From the human T2T-CHM13v2.0 reference genome, Homo sapiens, in the NCBI RefSeq assembly GCF_009914755.1, contig NC_060931.1: DNA of 64,000 nt; one strand, 5' to 3'. Below the pieces are notes generated by a model that did not search any database, was not told the origin of the DNA, and saw nothing but the letters and a program-made list of their open reading frames with translations. Below are positions 13,949 through 29,369 of this stretch, one piece after another (position 1 is the stretch's first letter; every line of letters begins with the position of its first letter). The translations under genes and the position numbers were made by a program.

Positions 13949-16523
13949 TCATAAATCAAGATAATTTTTAAAACTTTTAGAAAACATATCAAGATATAAA
14001 TTTGGGTGTAAATTTGGATATAAATTTGGATATTGGATACATTTGGATACTGAGATATGTGGATCAGCAAAGTCAATGGCATGACCTTAGTATGGTGATC
14101 AAAATAATTCTTTATAGTAGAAATTACTAATTCCATAAAAGAAGAAACTAGTTTACACCTATCTGAATACACTTATCTGTCTATATTTTAAAGGTTAACA
14201 TTTGGAACTACTTAGAAAAAAAATCTTTATAAACTCTTGCAGTGGAGTGGAAAGAAAAACATTATTTCCATTTTAGTATAAAGTGAAGTATAAACGCATG
14301 ATTATGCACGTCAAGATAAACTATCTCAGTTTGGATTTTTTTTTATGATTCTGTTTTAGAAACCAAGAATAGTCTTCAAGAACTAAAATAATGAACTCTG
14401 TGAGTCAAACAAATGAACATTTTTATTATGATATGACCTTTTAGTCTGTTTGGTCCTGATACTGGTGTGATGTCCTTTTCTGGATAAAGAATAAATAGGT
14501 CAGCTCAGTAATTTCTGAATACCAAATTTAGCCTTCCTTTTGTTTTTAGTTCAGCAGAGGAAAATGATATGGCAAACAGCCTTGAGAAGGTAGGAGGATG
14601 AGTCTGTGTGTGCTATTAATACCTACATTATTTTGTCCATACAAGAGTCAAACCTAAAGAGACAGCAGAAGGAACAGTAGGTTGAGTCATAGGTGAAGAG
14701 GTTCTGGGGTACAGCTGGGGACACAGAATGAACCGATGTCTGAAGGATGAGATGTGCGGATCCGGGAACTGGTAATCAGGAAACTTCAATGTTGTTCTAT
14801 AGAAGATGAAGAGTTGTAGATGAAAATGCCTATTTTGCGCTTCAGTTGTCCCCTCAAGGACTTGTCCCCTAGGGAGACATCAGGAGGGGACAGACTGGCT
14901 TTGGCTTTATCCTGCTTTTCGGTAGCCAAGGTCTGTTTATAGCACTCTCCTCTCCCCTGCCTTGGTGCTGCATGTCTTTTTACTGTCCACAGCCTCCTGA
15001 TGCACCAAGAACCCACACACACAACCACCTTCTCCGCTCCCTTCAAAGCACCATGTGCTAAATCTTTGATCTCTGCTCAGATTCCCAGTCTTAAACTGAA
15101 TCTGATGTCAGCTGGATTGAAAAGAAAAGCAATTAAATTATACTAATTCATATGAGAAGTGTGAATAACTGATAACCCCACCCACTTCCAATCACTTTGA
15201 GAAAAATTTGCATTGTAAAATAAGACATGTTAATCCTAATAAATATTCAATTAATAGTTCAGTCAATATGAGAAAGTAAGATAAAGATTAAAAAAAGTCA
15301 GGGATTGTGAAAAAATTTTTGGGCAGAAGGAACATATTTAATGACTTCTAAGTGTTTATATACTTTATTTCCAAATTCTGTTCTTGAATCCTGGGATATA
15401 CTTTTTAGTGCCTGGTCAGATATAGTCTGTGATTTTTCCACCTTTCTGTGTATTAATTAGTGTAATGTTTTAGGTACCAGATCCATCTTGGTTACTTCCT
15501 TGATGAAAGTTTTAGTGCTTTTTGACAACACAAATTATGAGTATAATCCTTGTCCTGCTCCAATTTCTTTTTAAGTCATAAGAATTGAATTCTTGCTCAC
15601 TAGAGCAATTGGTTGTTTTTTACTTTTTGGTAGAACAAGTTCTATTTTGTTAAATGCACAGCTATAAACAAGGGTTAAACGACCTCTTTAGATGAAACAA
15701 AAACAAAGCCATCAACAGAACTATCCCCCTTGTAAGAAAGATATATGCTTGTATAACTTCTATTGACTGAAGGTTATAATATGCATATATTTGATACACA
15801 TATTTATCTCTAATCTTTGAACATCCCCCACTAAATTATGAAGAAACTCTAGTACACAGCAGAGGTGAGATGTTTCATGCTGATACCTCTTGTTCTCCAA
15901 GTTAATCTTTTCCTAGAAATAAAGACACTGTCTAGAGTGTCAAATCCAAAGAAATGAACACAAAATTGGAAAGTTACTATATGTGAATTTAAAGTGCAAT
16001 GAGAAAGATGCCCTGGAGAGAAAAGGTGACACTGGGCAAACAGGTATAGAAGCAGCCTGAAGAGAATTCTGGAAGCAAAAGCTCTAGGTTGCAAGTGAAT
16101 GATGCCCAGTTTCTACTTTACAAGCCTACCTGTTTCCTGCTTTTGTAAGTGCATCAAAGAAAGTAAAGTATATTACCCATGACTGGGCCTGAATTTTAAC
16201 TGTTTTTCTTACTTGAATGTGACTTTAGACAAGTATTTTTAACTCTCTGTGCTTTAATTTTCTAATATGTAAAAATAGGTTTAAATATGTTTACTCTGAT
16301 TAATTTACATAGTCTTTGGAAGAATCAAATAAGATGATAGATATAAAAGTTATTTATATGATTAACTTATTTAAGTCCAAGATTGACATTCCTTCATAGA
16401 ATTTCTCTGAAGAAACATTCATAGCATTACTATTTATATTGTTAAATTTTTACACCCACTAATGTGTTTATATCTATAAGAACTGCCAGAACTGCCAAGT
16501 CCAGTGAATAATGATATAAGTAA

Positions 16524-16891
<368 letters not shown>

Positions 16892-17012
16892 TGAGTCTAT
16901 ATGGTGAGCTAGTGTGCGGATATTCAATTAATGATTCACTGCTTTTGTACTAAACAGACAGTATTTTGCAAATATAGTTTATAAAAATAGCTTGCAGTAA
17001 AGTATATGTTAT

Positions 17013-17403
17013 TGTTATGGACTGAATGTTTGTTCCCCCAACTCCAATTTATATGTTGAAGTCTTAACCTCCAAAACAGTTGTATGTGGAGTGTGGAGAT
17101 GTGGTCTTTGGTAGGTAATTAGATTTAGATAAACTCATGAGGGTAGGGCCCTCATGACCGATGAGCCTTTACAAGAAGAGACATCAGAGAGCTTGCTGTC
17201 TTTCTTTCTCTCTATATATACATTCACAAGGAAGTCGCGTGAGCACGCAGTAAGATAGAAGCTGCCTACAAATCAAGAGAAGAGGCCTTAGAATGAAGCC
17301 CACCTTGTTGGCACCTTGATTTTTGACTTTACAGGCTCCAAAACTGTGAGAAATACATTTCCGTTATCTATGATATTTGACTACAGCAACCTGAGCTAAG
17401 ACA
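17013..17403 (+). mobile_element. MLT1A/B MaLR LTR
   Basis: tgttatggactgaatgtttg...gagctaagaca; near-TSD gttat/cttat. Confidence 0.85.
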
Positions 17404-18805
17404 CTTATACAACCCTATTTTGTTAAATATCCTAATGTGTGTATACTAAGAAAACAAAAGGAGGAATAGACACCAATCTTCTAACAATGGTTAGCACTAG
17501 AATTTAAGAATTTAGGGCTCTTCACATTTTACACTATAAATTTGTGTATTATAGTAATATTTTTAATATGCATGTAATACCCTTCTGATTTAAAAAAGAA
17601 AAAAATACATTTATTTAAGAAATAAGAATAAAATCTTAGAAAGAACACTTAAGTTTAGAGTCAAATGACTGATATTTTTCTTGATTGTTTTGCTTAAAAA
17701 CTATATAGGGAAGATACTCAAGTTGCATAAACCTCAATCCCTTCATCTGTATGTTATATATAACAATATTTGCCATAGCCAAGGTCTGCAAATTTTGTGG
17801 GGAAATTTTGTGAGAGATAAAACATAAGAAAAATTTTAAAAACTATGAAAGTACTTTTCGTAACTTATTGTAAATAAGTTAGTCATTAAATTTCTAAAGG
17901 AAACATATTTCTGAATAAGAGAAAAAAACTTCTAGACATGAGAATTTTAAGAACTAGCTAGCAATACACAAAGATGCTTTTAAAAATGTTATTCATCCAT
18001 ATGAAAAGGAGTGGAAATTGAAACTGTTAACATTTTTAACCACGTCTGGAAACAAAGAGAACTAGCCTATTATTCTGAGATGTCACATATTTCCAATGAT
18101 AAGGTTCTTATCTTTTTTTATTTGAGAAAAAAAGCATTATTCTGATATTCTCTCTCTGCTAAGCTTATCTTTTTTTCTTCTTTCCAATTTCTCTGCATTT
18201 CTGTCTTTGAATGTGTATTTCAGAAAATTGAGAGAGTTAACATCCTTAGCTCTGACCAGACTAGACTAATTCAAGGTCTGTGTTTCCTCATTCTTTCAAT
18301 AGTTCAGTAAGACTTATTGACCAAGAACAATACTCGGAGTTTTCCTATGAAAAATAATATGTGCTATTAAAAACAAACAAATGACTCATTTCTGTCTGCT
18401 GTGTTGATTGATGGTCAATTAACTTTAGCAGTGCCTGCAGTGAGATATCAAAAACAAGCTAAGTTTGACTTTGAGTGGCTTCACTATGTATTTGACAGAT
18501 CTTTCACTTTGAAAAAAGTAGTCCCATTTTCCTGTCACTTGCCTTCATTGCATTGTGGGAGTAAAAACCTTGGTGAAACCGAGGTCATATATAGTATTAA
18601 ATTTAAAAAATATCTGACATTGCTATCTTAGAGGACAAGTTTTCTATGGAATAACTGGCAACCACAGCTAAAAATAGGTCTGTTCTTGGTGTCATCTTTT
18701 ACTCAACAAATAAATACATCACCTTGTTAGAAGATATATGGATACTCCGTCATACGTACATGATCACAAACACCTAACACTTCATATTTTCCATTTGCGG
18801 ATTAG

Positions 18806-19297
<492 letters not shown>

Positions 19298-19368
19298 TAG
19301 GTTCTCTACATTCCAGATTAACTGAGAGTTCCAGATTAATTAGATAAGAAGTATATATATAAAACACA

Positions 19369-19892
19369 GGTTCCATATAAAATTTAAAGTAGTTTTTTTC
19401 TGATTCTGTGAAGAAAGTCAAGGGTAGCTTGTTGGGGATAACATTGAATCTATAAATTACACAATAGCAAAGACTTGGAGCCAACCTAAATGCCCATCAA
19501 TGATAGACTGGATGAAGAAAATGTGGCACATATACACCATGGAATACTATGCAGCCATAAAAAAGATGAGTTCAGGTCCTTTGCAGGGACATGGATGAAG
19601 CTGGAAGCCATCATTCTCAGCAAACTATCACAGGGACAGAAAACCAAACACTGCATGTTCTCACTCATAAGCGGGAGTTGAACAATGAGAACACATGGAC
19701 CCGGGGAAGGGAACATCACACACCAGGGCCTGTTGAGGGGTGGGGCCTAGGGGAGGGATAGCATTAGGAGAAATACTTAATGTAGATGACAGGTTGATGG
19801 GTGCAACAAACCACCATGGCACTTGTATACCTATGTAACAAAGCTGCACGTTCTGCATATGTATCCCAGAACTTTAAGTATAATTTAAAAAA
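19369..19892 (+). mobile_element. L1PA 3' end with short 5'-inverted ORF2 segment (19369-~19459 on minus)
   Basis: Sense L1PA from 'acaatagcaaagacttgg' to the A tail, preceded by antisense ORF2 'ggttccatataaaatttaaagtag...aatctataaattac'. Confidence 0.85.
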
Positions 19893-20168
19893 TAGAATGT
19901 TTCTACTACAATACAAATTTCCTGAGTGTGATGTATTATTTAACCTTTTCAGTAAAATGCAACATCATATGGGACTTCTGTAAAACAAGTATCTGTGCCT
20001 AGAATAGTTTTTGGAAAAAAAAAAAAACAGGAAGATGTGAAAGTCTAAACTGATAATGTAGAAATGAAAATGGAGTTAAACTAGACTAGTTATTCTTTCA
20101 AAATGAGAATGCTTTATTTTAAGAAAAAACAATTTTCTAAAAGGTTATTTGACTGCTTAGTGGATTTA

Positions 20169-21257
<1,089 letters not shown>

Positions 21258-21349
21258 CAGTAAGAATGTAGTGACCTTACTGTTATGGGTTCAAGTCACA
21301 AATTGACTCTTGGAATCAAGTGGAGAGTCCTTTCTATACCAAGCTCACA

Positions 21350-21740
21350 TGATGGTTAATTTTATGTGTCAACCTGGCTAGGCTATGGGCAAACAGCCTA
21401 AATGTTTCTATATTGTACTTGTTAGATGTGATTAGCATTTTAATCAGTTGACTTTGAGTAAAGCAGATTGCCCTTCATACTATGAATGGGTCTCATGTAA
21501 TCAGTTGAGGGCTTTAAGAGCAAAGACCGAGGTTGCCCAGATAGAAGGAATTCTGCGTGAGTTTCCAGGCTTTGCACTCAAGACTGCAACACTGACTCTC
21601 AGACTTTTCAGCCTACCAGCCTCCTCGCTGATTTTCGACTTGCCAGGCCCCACACTCATATAAACCAATTTCTTAAAATAAATATCTCTGGATATATATC
21701 CATCCTCCTGACCTGTTTCTCTGAAGAGTCCTGTCTAATA
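21350..21740 (+). mobile_element. MLT2 (ERVL) LTR
   Basis: 'tgatggttaattttatgtgtcaacctggctagg...gtttctctgaagagtcctgtctaata'. Confidence 0.82.
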
Positions 21741-21957
21741 TACCACATGATTTAAGATTGAGGGAGATGTGGTTTCACACAAGACATCAAGGTTCTGGTA
21801 AAAAGGACAAGAGGTACAAAATACATGTTGGATGATAAAATCAAAGTGGATACTACTAAAAATCTTCTAATGTTTTAATCTAATATCCAACTTGCTCTGA
21901 AAAGTTCGCTTGCAATGTCACTTTCGATATTAATACACACAATAATAACACAAGTAT

Positions 21958-22249
<292 letters not shown>

Positions 22250-23523
22250 AACACAAGTATCTTTTAAAAGTTGGAGGAGAGCTATGATGAATATATTATG
22301 TTTTCTTTCTCTGCTCTATTAAGATATTATTAGCATCTATTACTTATTTTCCATCTTGGACATTTTTGAAGAAACACAGTCATTGGACAGCATAGAACCA
22401 ATGTGTTTTAATGTATAAAATGATTATGGTGTATGTCAGATCTACGAGTTTGGGTATAAGCACTTCGTAGATGTTGTCCAGAGTGGGAAGTCTGGGGTGC
22501 AAGTAAAAATAGGCATACAGAGAGAAGTAGCTACAAGGAGCAGTCAAATACTTCTCTAATACCAATCTCACAAAGGTTTCCATTTATTTTATAGTTGTAC
22601 AGATTCCCAATGAATCCCAGTATGTGAATTTATTAGACATTGCAATAATTATTATCTAAAAATAACTAGGAGCTCGTCTACTAAGTATCAATATACATAT
22701 GTACACATAAACATATACACACATTTGGTCTGAGTCTTATGGGATCTGGCAAGTGCTAGGTGGACATGTTCAGAAGTGTTTCTAGAAGATACCAAGAAAT
22801 ACGGAAATATAGGAATAATAAAGCATAGTATATAAACCTATGCAAATTACAGTAAATTTTATTAAATTCCCCTTATGGGCAACACTTTGGGTTTGGCACT
22901 TAGGTTAAAAAGGTACATGAGACTGATGACATCTCCCACAGATGTAAAATTCTTGTTGGAATAGACAACAGAAGCATTGTTTCAATCAGTCTGCTTTACT
23001 TTGCAAGTAGCCACACATCCAAATCACTTTGAGTTAAATAAAAAATAAATATATCACAATGTCACATCCTAAGGTAGGGAGGATAAAGATAACTTAATTG
23101 GCAAGTCCTGCCTCTGCTTCCCTTGACTCTCTTCACTTTGCTTGTTCTTATGTGCAGTGGTGTGGACCTCATATCCAAGGTTTAGGATTTTTAGAAGAAG
23201 GAGAACCCGATAATTCTAAGTTTTAGCCTTCCATGTCAGAGTCTTGGATAGTACCTGTCATTGAAACTAAAAACAGTCTCTGAAACCACAAGGTTGCTAT
23301 ACAATAAAAAGGGAGAATGAATTACTATGGAAAAAGCATCAATTTTCTTAATAAATATAAAAACACAAATCATGTGTGCCAAATTTAAGAAAGGAAACAT
23401 AATTATTACTACAATAACTCTGAGAAAATAATGAACAGATTTAGAATTAATGGGAAGTCTTAATGGAAGATGTATGTGAAACTGTTACAGTAAAGGTAAG
23501 AGTTAGAAAAGAGAGAATTTCAG

Positions 23524-23679
23524 ATATATATATGTATATATGTATATATACGTATATATGTATATATGTATATATGTATATGTGTATATATATGTATATA
23601 TGTATATGTGTATATATATGTATATATGTGTGTATATATATGTACATATGTATATATATGTGTGTGTGTATATATATAT
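23524..23679. repeat. Compound (TA)n/(TATG)n alternating purine-pyrimidine microsatellite
   Basis: ~155 bp; explains the five overlapping YI/HT-rich ORFs. Confidence 0.95.
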
Positions 23680-24039
23680 CCTGAGCAAAGACACAGAGAC
23701 AGCCTTGCACAGGTGTGTTTAAGAGACAGTGAATAAACCGGATTGTCTGAACACCATGTGTGGAGCATTTGACAGAACCCAGATTACAAAAGGTCTTATG
23801 TACTTGTTTGAGGAATTAGTATTAATCTTTTGACAGCAAATTATACGATTGTACAGAAAAATCAACTGATGCCATCTGAAGCCTAAATTCTAGTTTGCTA
23901 CTAACTTTGCAACCTCTGGTAAACCACGTAAATTGCCTAGGTTTAAATTTTCTCATTAATAAACTGAGTAGGTTGGAATATGTGATTCCTAACTTACTTT
24001 CCAAACTTTATTTCCTTTTGACTCTATAAAACTCTGAAA

Positions 24040-24900
24040 TGACATCAATATGAAAGTTTTCAGCAAAGAAGGAATACAGAAAGCACTGGATTAGAAAGGC
24101 AGGACTTACGAAAGTGTTTGAACCACTTTGAATGTAAAGGATGTAGCTTCAGGGGGTTCAGGTAGGAGACAATTATTGTTTGGTATCATGAGATAAGAAC
24201 CCTAACTAGAACTGAAGCTCTGGGAATAGAAACAAAAGAATAGTTGATTTTGAAAAGAAAAAGTTTCTGGAGACTTAAGACTTTTGACAGACTTGATGAT
24301 AGGGAATAGGAAGGTGAAATAAATCAAGATCAATCTAGGAACATGAGCCTGAGTAAGGTATAAAACATAAAAAATATGGAAACTAAGCAGGAGACGGTTT
24401 GGGGAAAAGATATCATTGAGCTCTCGAAATAAAGACAGCCATCGGGCTTTAGAACACATACTGAAATGTGGCTGATAATGGTGGACATGAGACTCATTCA
24501 CAGAGGGGGCAATGAGTGATAAGACAAAAATAAAGATAAGATCAGAAACAGTACAGAACAAAATGGAAAGAGGCAAAATGATAATTCAAGGCTATGTCCA
24601 TATTTAAGCAGTCAATATGAAGGGGAAATTTAAGAAGGGAGGAAAAGAGAGCTGTGTTCTGAAACTGAAGAAAACCAAGTCGAGGCTGCAAATAGCTCAC
24701 AGAGAGCAAGAATAGAGACATGGATATTAAATGTGGCCAAAAGGAGACCAAACATAGGTGACCCTGAAAAAAAGAGTTTGAGTAGGGTGAGAAAAGTAGT
24801 ACTACGTAACAAGGAGTAAGAGACCGGAAAGTGGCCAATGCAGACTCATATTTAGAAACTTTGGTTTTGCAAAAAAAGGTCATGATAGGGCTAAATCTCA
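24040..24900 (-). mobile_element. L2 (degenerate)
   Basis: Purine-rich antisense L2 motifs ('gagacatggatattaaatgtggcc...ggtgaccctg', 'gagctctcgaaataaagac'). Confidence 0.55.
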
Positions 24901-25453
24901 AAACAGAAAAGCGTGTTTGTTTGTGCTCAGGGAGGAAAAATCAGTACATAGGAAAAGAAGTTTAAAAGAGGGATTCATTAATAGAGAAAAGTAGCAGGTG
25001 ATGCGATAGAGCTTAAGACAAAGAACACAAGTGTGGGCGGAGCCTTCAAGAGAACCTGACACAATTCTTATAGGGACATACTGAGGTAGGGAGGGAAGTT
25101 GCTTTTGGAGAAATTTTGGTTTTGGTTGCAGAAAATATCGAGTAGCTAATTGAATTATCATTGTTACTTTGACACCTGTTAAGCATGTATTATATTCCAG
25201 GAACCATGATAAGTGCTTTCTGCATGGAATTTAATTCTCACAATGATCTTATGAGATAACTAACATTTCGTGGGATAACTCACATTATATAGATGATAAA
25301 ATGTAAGGCTTAATGTTTAGGCAACTTACCTAATATCACAGGACAATCAAGGTATGATGTAAAGCCAGACCTGTCTAACTCTGCTTTTAACCATTATCCA
25401 TGTCCTTCTGTTATGTTGGCCTTAATCTTTTTCATAAATTAAAAGAGAACATC

Positions 25454-25758
<305 letters not shown>

Positions 25759-26856
25759 TTAGAGTGAGTGTGGCATATGTTTGTGGACTAGATTTGTAAC
25801 CTATTTTATTACTTAGAAACATAGTCTAGGGTGGACATAAAATATGAAAGCTTAAATATACCTGAGCCCTAAATTTCTATCTTGAACAGAGCTGGGAAAA
25901 CAATGATAAGAAGACTCGTTGTTGCCTTACCCATGAATTCATGACTTTGCTATTCTCCAGTAGGGAGCAGCACACAACCACCTATGCAACCATTTACTCT
26001 ACCGCAAACAATACAAGACAAAGAAAACCTTTTGAAGATTCCACCGTAAGTAGTGAAGAAACTGAACCTCTGATAATTGGGTCCTGCCTTCAGAAAGCAT
26101 TTAATGAAATACGTAGATTATAGTTTTGCCCTTTATTGCATTATATATGCATTAGTTAAAAGAGCTATTTTGTCAATCCTATTTGAGAATCGTAAGAGAG
26201 CTTCTTAGAAATGCTCTTGATTATAGATTGATGTAAAGAGCAAATAAATTTTAACTTAATATCAAACATAATTCTTAAAATTCAGAGTAATGAGAAAAAT
26301 ACTGTAAAGTCAATGCTTGGACATTGATGCATAAAAGATATTTCAGCATTTAAAACTTTGAAGTATAAGAAAGTACTATTTGTCAATGATTAAATAAAAA
26401 AAGACACAATAATGCTATAAAATGAAGGTTTTATTTTTTGTTTGTTTTGCGTTTTTTTTTTCTTTTTTTTTTTTTTTTTTGGTTAGAAGGCCACTGGGCC
26501 ATGCCAAGTTTTTGTTATAAATATGATACATCCTATGTTTGTGATTTTATGAATTTGGTTCATAACATTGCTATTACATTGAACACTTTGTTTCAAAAAT
26601 TATTTTGGGGTGTTGAAGGTACAATTACTACCAAATGGAAGAAAAATCATGGTTGTTGCTGAAGACACAGACCAGAAATGTAAAAATGGAAGAGAAATTC
26701 AAATCATCTAGTGACTAAGCTTTTTGGTTTAAGATAAATATTATGTTTCTGGACAATCTTACATTTTTTTACTCAATGAGCACAACATTTTAAAATTAAA
26801 TACACTAGTTCTGGCTTTAGAATGTTCAAAATTAACCGTAAGAAATAAGCTTTGTT

Positions 26857-27992
26857 GTGTAGGGGTCAAGGCCTTTGGCCCTCTGGAGGTTCAAAAATTC
26901 CTGACATGAGGCAGATTAATAGGAGAAAAGGCATACACATGTATTTGACATGTATACAGAGGAGCCTTCAGCATGAAGACTCAACCCCCAGTAAGATACT
27001 GAAGCTTATATACCACCTTGAGGTTGTAGAAAGACAGTTGGTTCAGAGCATGGGAAGAAACAGGTTATGCTGTTAAATCAGGTTTTTGTGGCAAGATAGG
27101 TGATGGGAGGGGCAGAATAGGAGGCTTGCCTAGCAAAGGTGGTCTTGCTGTGTAGACGAAAACTGTTATGGGAAAGGGGTCCCGATCCAGACTCCAAGAG
27201 AGGGTTCTTGGATCTCACATAAGAAAGAAATTAGGGCAAGTCTTTACAGTAAAGTGAAAGGAAGTTTATTAAGGAAGTAAAGGAATAAAAGAATGGCTAC
27301 TCCATAGACAAAGCAGGCCCGAAGGCTACTGGTTGCCCATTTTTATGGTTATTTCTTGATGATATGCTAAACAAGGGGTGGATTATTCATGCCTCCCCAT
27401 TTTAGACCATTTAGAGTAACTTCCTGATGTTGCCATGGCATTTGTAAACTGTCATGGTGCTGGTGGGAGTGTAGCAGTGAGGATGACCAGAGGTCACTCA
27501 TGACCATGTGGGTTTTGGTGGGTTTTGGCCGGCTTCTTTACTGCAAACTGTTTTATCATCAAGATCTTTGTGGCCTGTATATAGTGCTGTCCTCCTATCT
27601 CATCCTGTGACTTAGAATGCCTTAACTATCTGGGAATGCAGCCCAGTAGGTTTCAGCCTCATTTTACCCAGCTCCTATTCAAGATGGAGTTGCTCGGGTT
27701 CACATGCTTCTGACAAAACCTCAGAGGTAGAAGCCCTCAGAGAGATTAGGTGGTGTCTCTTTTTGGAACATTAAAGGTGTCAGACTCTCGGCTAATCTAT
27801 CCTAGATCCAGGAAAGGGCCTAGAAACGGATCTAGGAAACATTAGCTGCATTAATGGAGATTCTCTACAGATGCAAATTTCTGCCACAAAAGACTGCTTT
27901 GCAGGGCCACTTCAGTCTGCTGGCCCTGTGGCAGCCATTTCAAAATACATCCAAGAAATATATTCTGCGGTAATAAATTGTGACTTCCTTCA
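26857..27992 (-). mobile_element. ERV1 MER4-group LTR (LTR29/LTR49/MER39-like), split by MER41A
   Basis: 'ggcagattaataggagaaaaggcatac' and minus-strand start tgaaggaagtcacaatttattacc; the two halves join across the MER41A TSD. Confidence 0.65.
27164..27715 (-). mobile_element. MER41A solo LTR (552 bp) with 4-bp TSD
   Basis: Minus start TGTCAGAAGCATGTGAACCCGAGCAACTCCATCTTGAATAGG matches MER41. TSD aaac at 27160-27163 and 27716-27719. Lacks the tandem-GAS segment of MER41B. Confidence 0.88.
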
Positions 27993-28027
27993 GTTTAGCA
28001 ACCAAACATGAGTTTTATATATTTTAT

Positions 28028-28725
28028 TGTTAGAGTAGGTAGCTAGTCAGACATGAGCACCGCAGGAGAGGGAGCCCCCCTACCCCCCACCAGAAATGTC
28101 AGGTGACCATCAAGTGATGGTGAAGTGGTTGTTACCTGTCTCTCTAAGATAATTGGCCACAGCCAACACCAGGAAAAGGCAGTCTCCCAATTAACACAAA
28201 AAACCTGAAACTAGGGATCAGCAGCTTCCTGATAAGATCTTAGGAGTTAGGCAAGTGGGCTCAAGCACACACATTAAGAGGCAAAATGGTAGAGTTTAAC
28301 TGGTGTATGGCCTTCTAGTGATATTCAGCTGGTAAGGGAAGAACGCCTCAAATGAGCATGCATATAGTTTCACTAAAAACACTGTGCATGCTCCTCTCCC
28401 AAGTGCTGGCAGGACACTGTGCATGTGGACAGCCCACCCAAAGGGAAGAATCAGGGGAGAAGGGACACATGACCCCAGATGAATGCCAACATATAAAACC
28501 CCAAGTCAAAAGTCATACAGGGCCCTTGACTCTCTCAACTCACCTGCTCAGCCCTCTTTCAAGTATACTTTCGTTCCTGTTCTAAACTTTTTAATAAACT
28601 TTCACTCCTACTCTAAAACTTGCCTCAGTCTCTCCTTCTACCTTATGCCCCTCAGTCAAATTCTTTCTTCTGAGGAGCAAGAATTGAGGTTGCTGCAGAC
28701 CTGTATGGATTCACTGCCAATAACA
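28028..28725 (+). mobile_element. MER50-like solo LTR
   Basis: tgttagagtaggtagctagtcagacatgagc...gccaataaca; internal TATAAAA and AATAAA. Confidence 0.8.
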
Positions 28726-28799
28726 TCGTTGGTAAATTCTTCTTACTACCTGTGATTAACCATTTTCTGTTGCTGAGGCTCTGACACCTCACCTGGAAC

Positions 28800-29345
28800 C
28801 AGTGACACAGCCTCAGGAGGTCCTGACACGTGCTCAGGGTGATTGGGCTACCGCTTGGTTTTATACATTTTAGGGAGATATGAGACATCAATTAATACAT
28901 GTAAGATGTATATTGGTTGAGTCCAGAAAGGCAGGACAACTCGAAGCAAGGGCTTCCAGGTCATAGGTGGATTCAAGAATTTTCTAATTGGCAATTGGTT
29001 TAAAGAGTTAAGTTATTGACTAAAATCAATAGGAAGGAATGTCTGGGTTGAGATAAGAGTTTATGGACAGCGAGGTTCCCATTATGCAGATAGAATCCGT
29101 GGAAGGGAATATTTCTTACCAGTCTTAAAGAGTCTGTTCTATCAGTCTTAAGGCCTCTGTTTTCATGTTAATGTTGGTCAACTGTGCTTGAATTCCAAAG
29201 GGAGAAGGGTATAATGAGGCATGTCAGACCCTCATTTCCCATCATGGCCTGAACTAGTTTTTCAAATTAACTTTAGAATGCCTTTGGCTGTGAGGAGGAG
29301 TCTGTTCAGTTGGTTGGGAGGCTTAGAATTTTGCTTTTGGTTTAC
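28800..29345 (-). mobile_element. MER4 LTR (partial)
   Basis: 'gcctcaggaggtcctgac...ttttatacattttagggaga...gcttagaattttgcttttggtttac'. Confidence 0.82.
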
Positions 29346-29369
29346 TTCTAATAAAGTTTTTGGATTTTT

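Noticed and set aside
22440-22472. Short hairpin atctacgagt...acttcgtagat
   Set aside because: Only a 10-bp bulged stem, which is expected by chance in 64 kb.
23447-23768. Five overlapping ORFs
   Set aside because: Artefact of a stop-free TA/TG microsatellite.
27164-27715. MER41 as an interferon-gamma (STAT1) enhancer
   Set aside because: The minus strand reads ...ggggaggCATGAATAATCC with no tandem TTCnnnGAA segment, so this is the MER41A form lacking the MER41B GAS pair.
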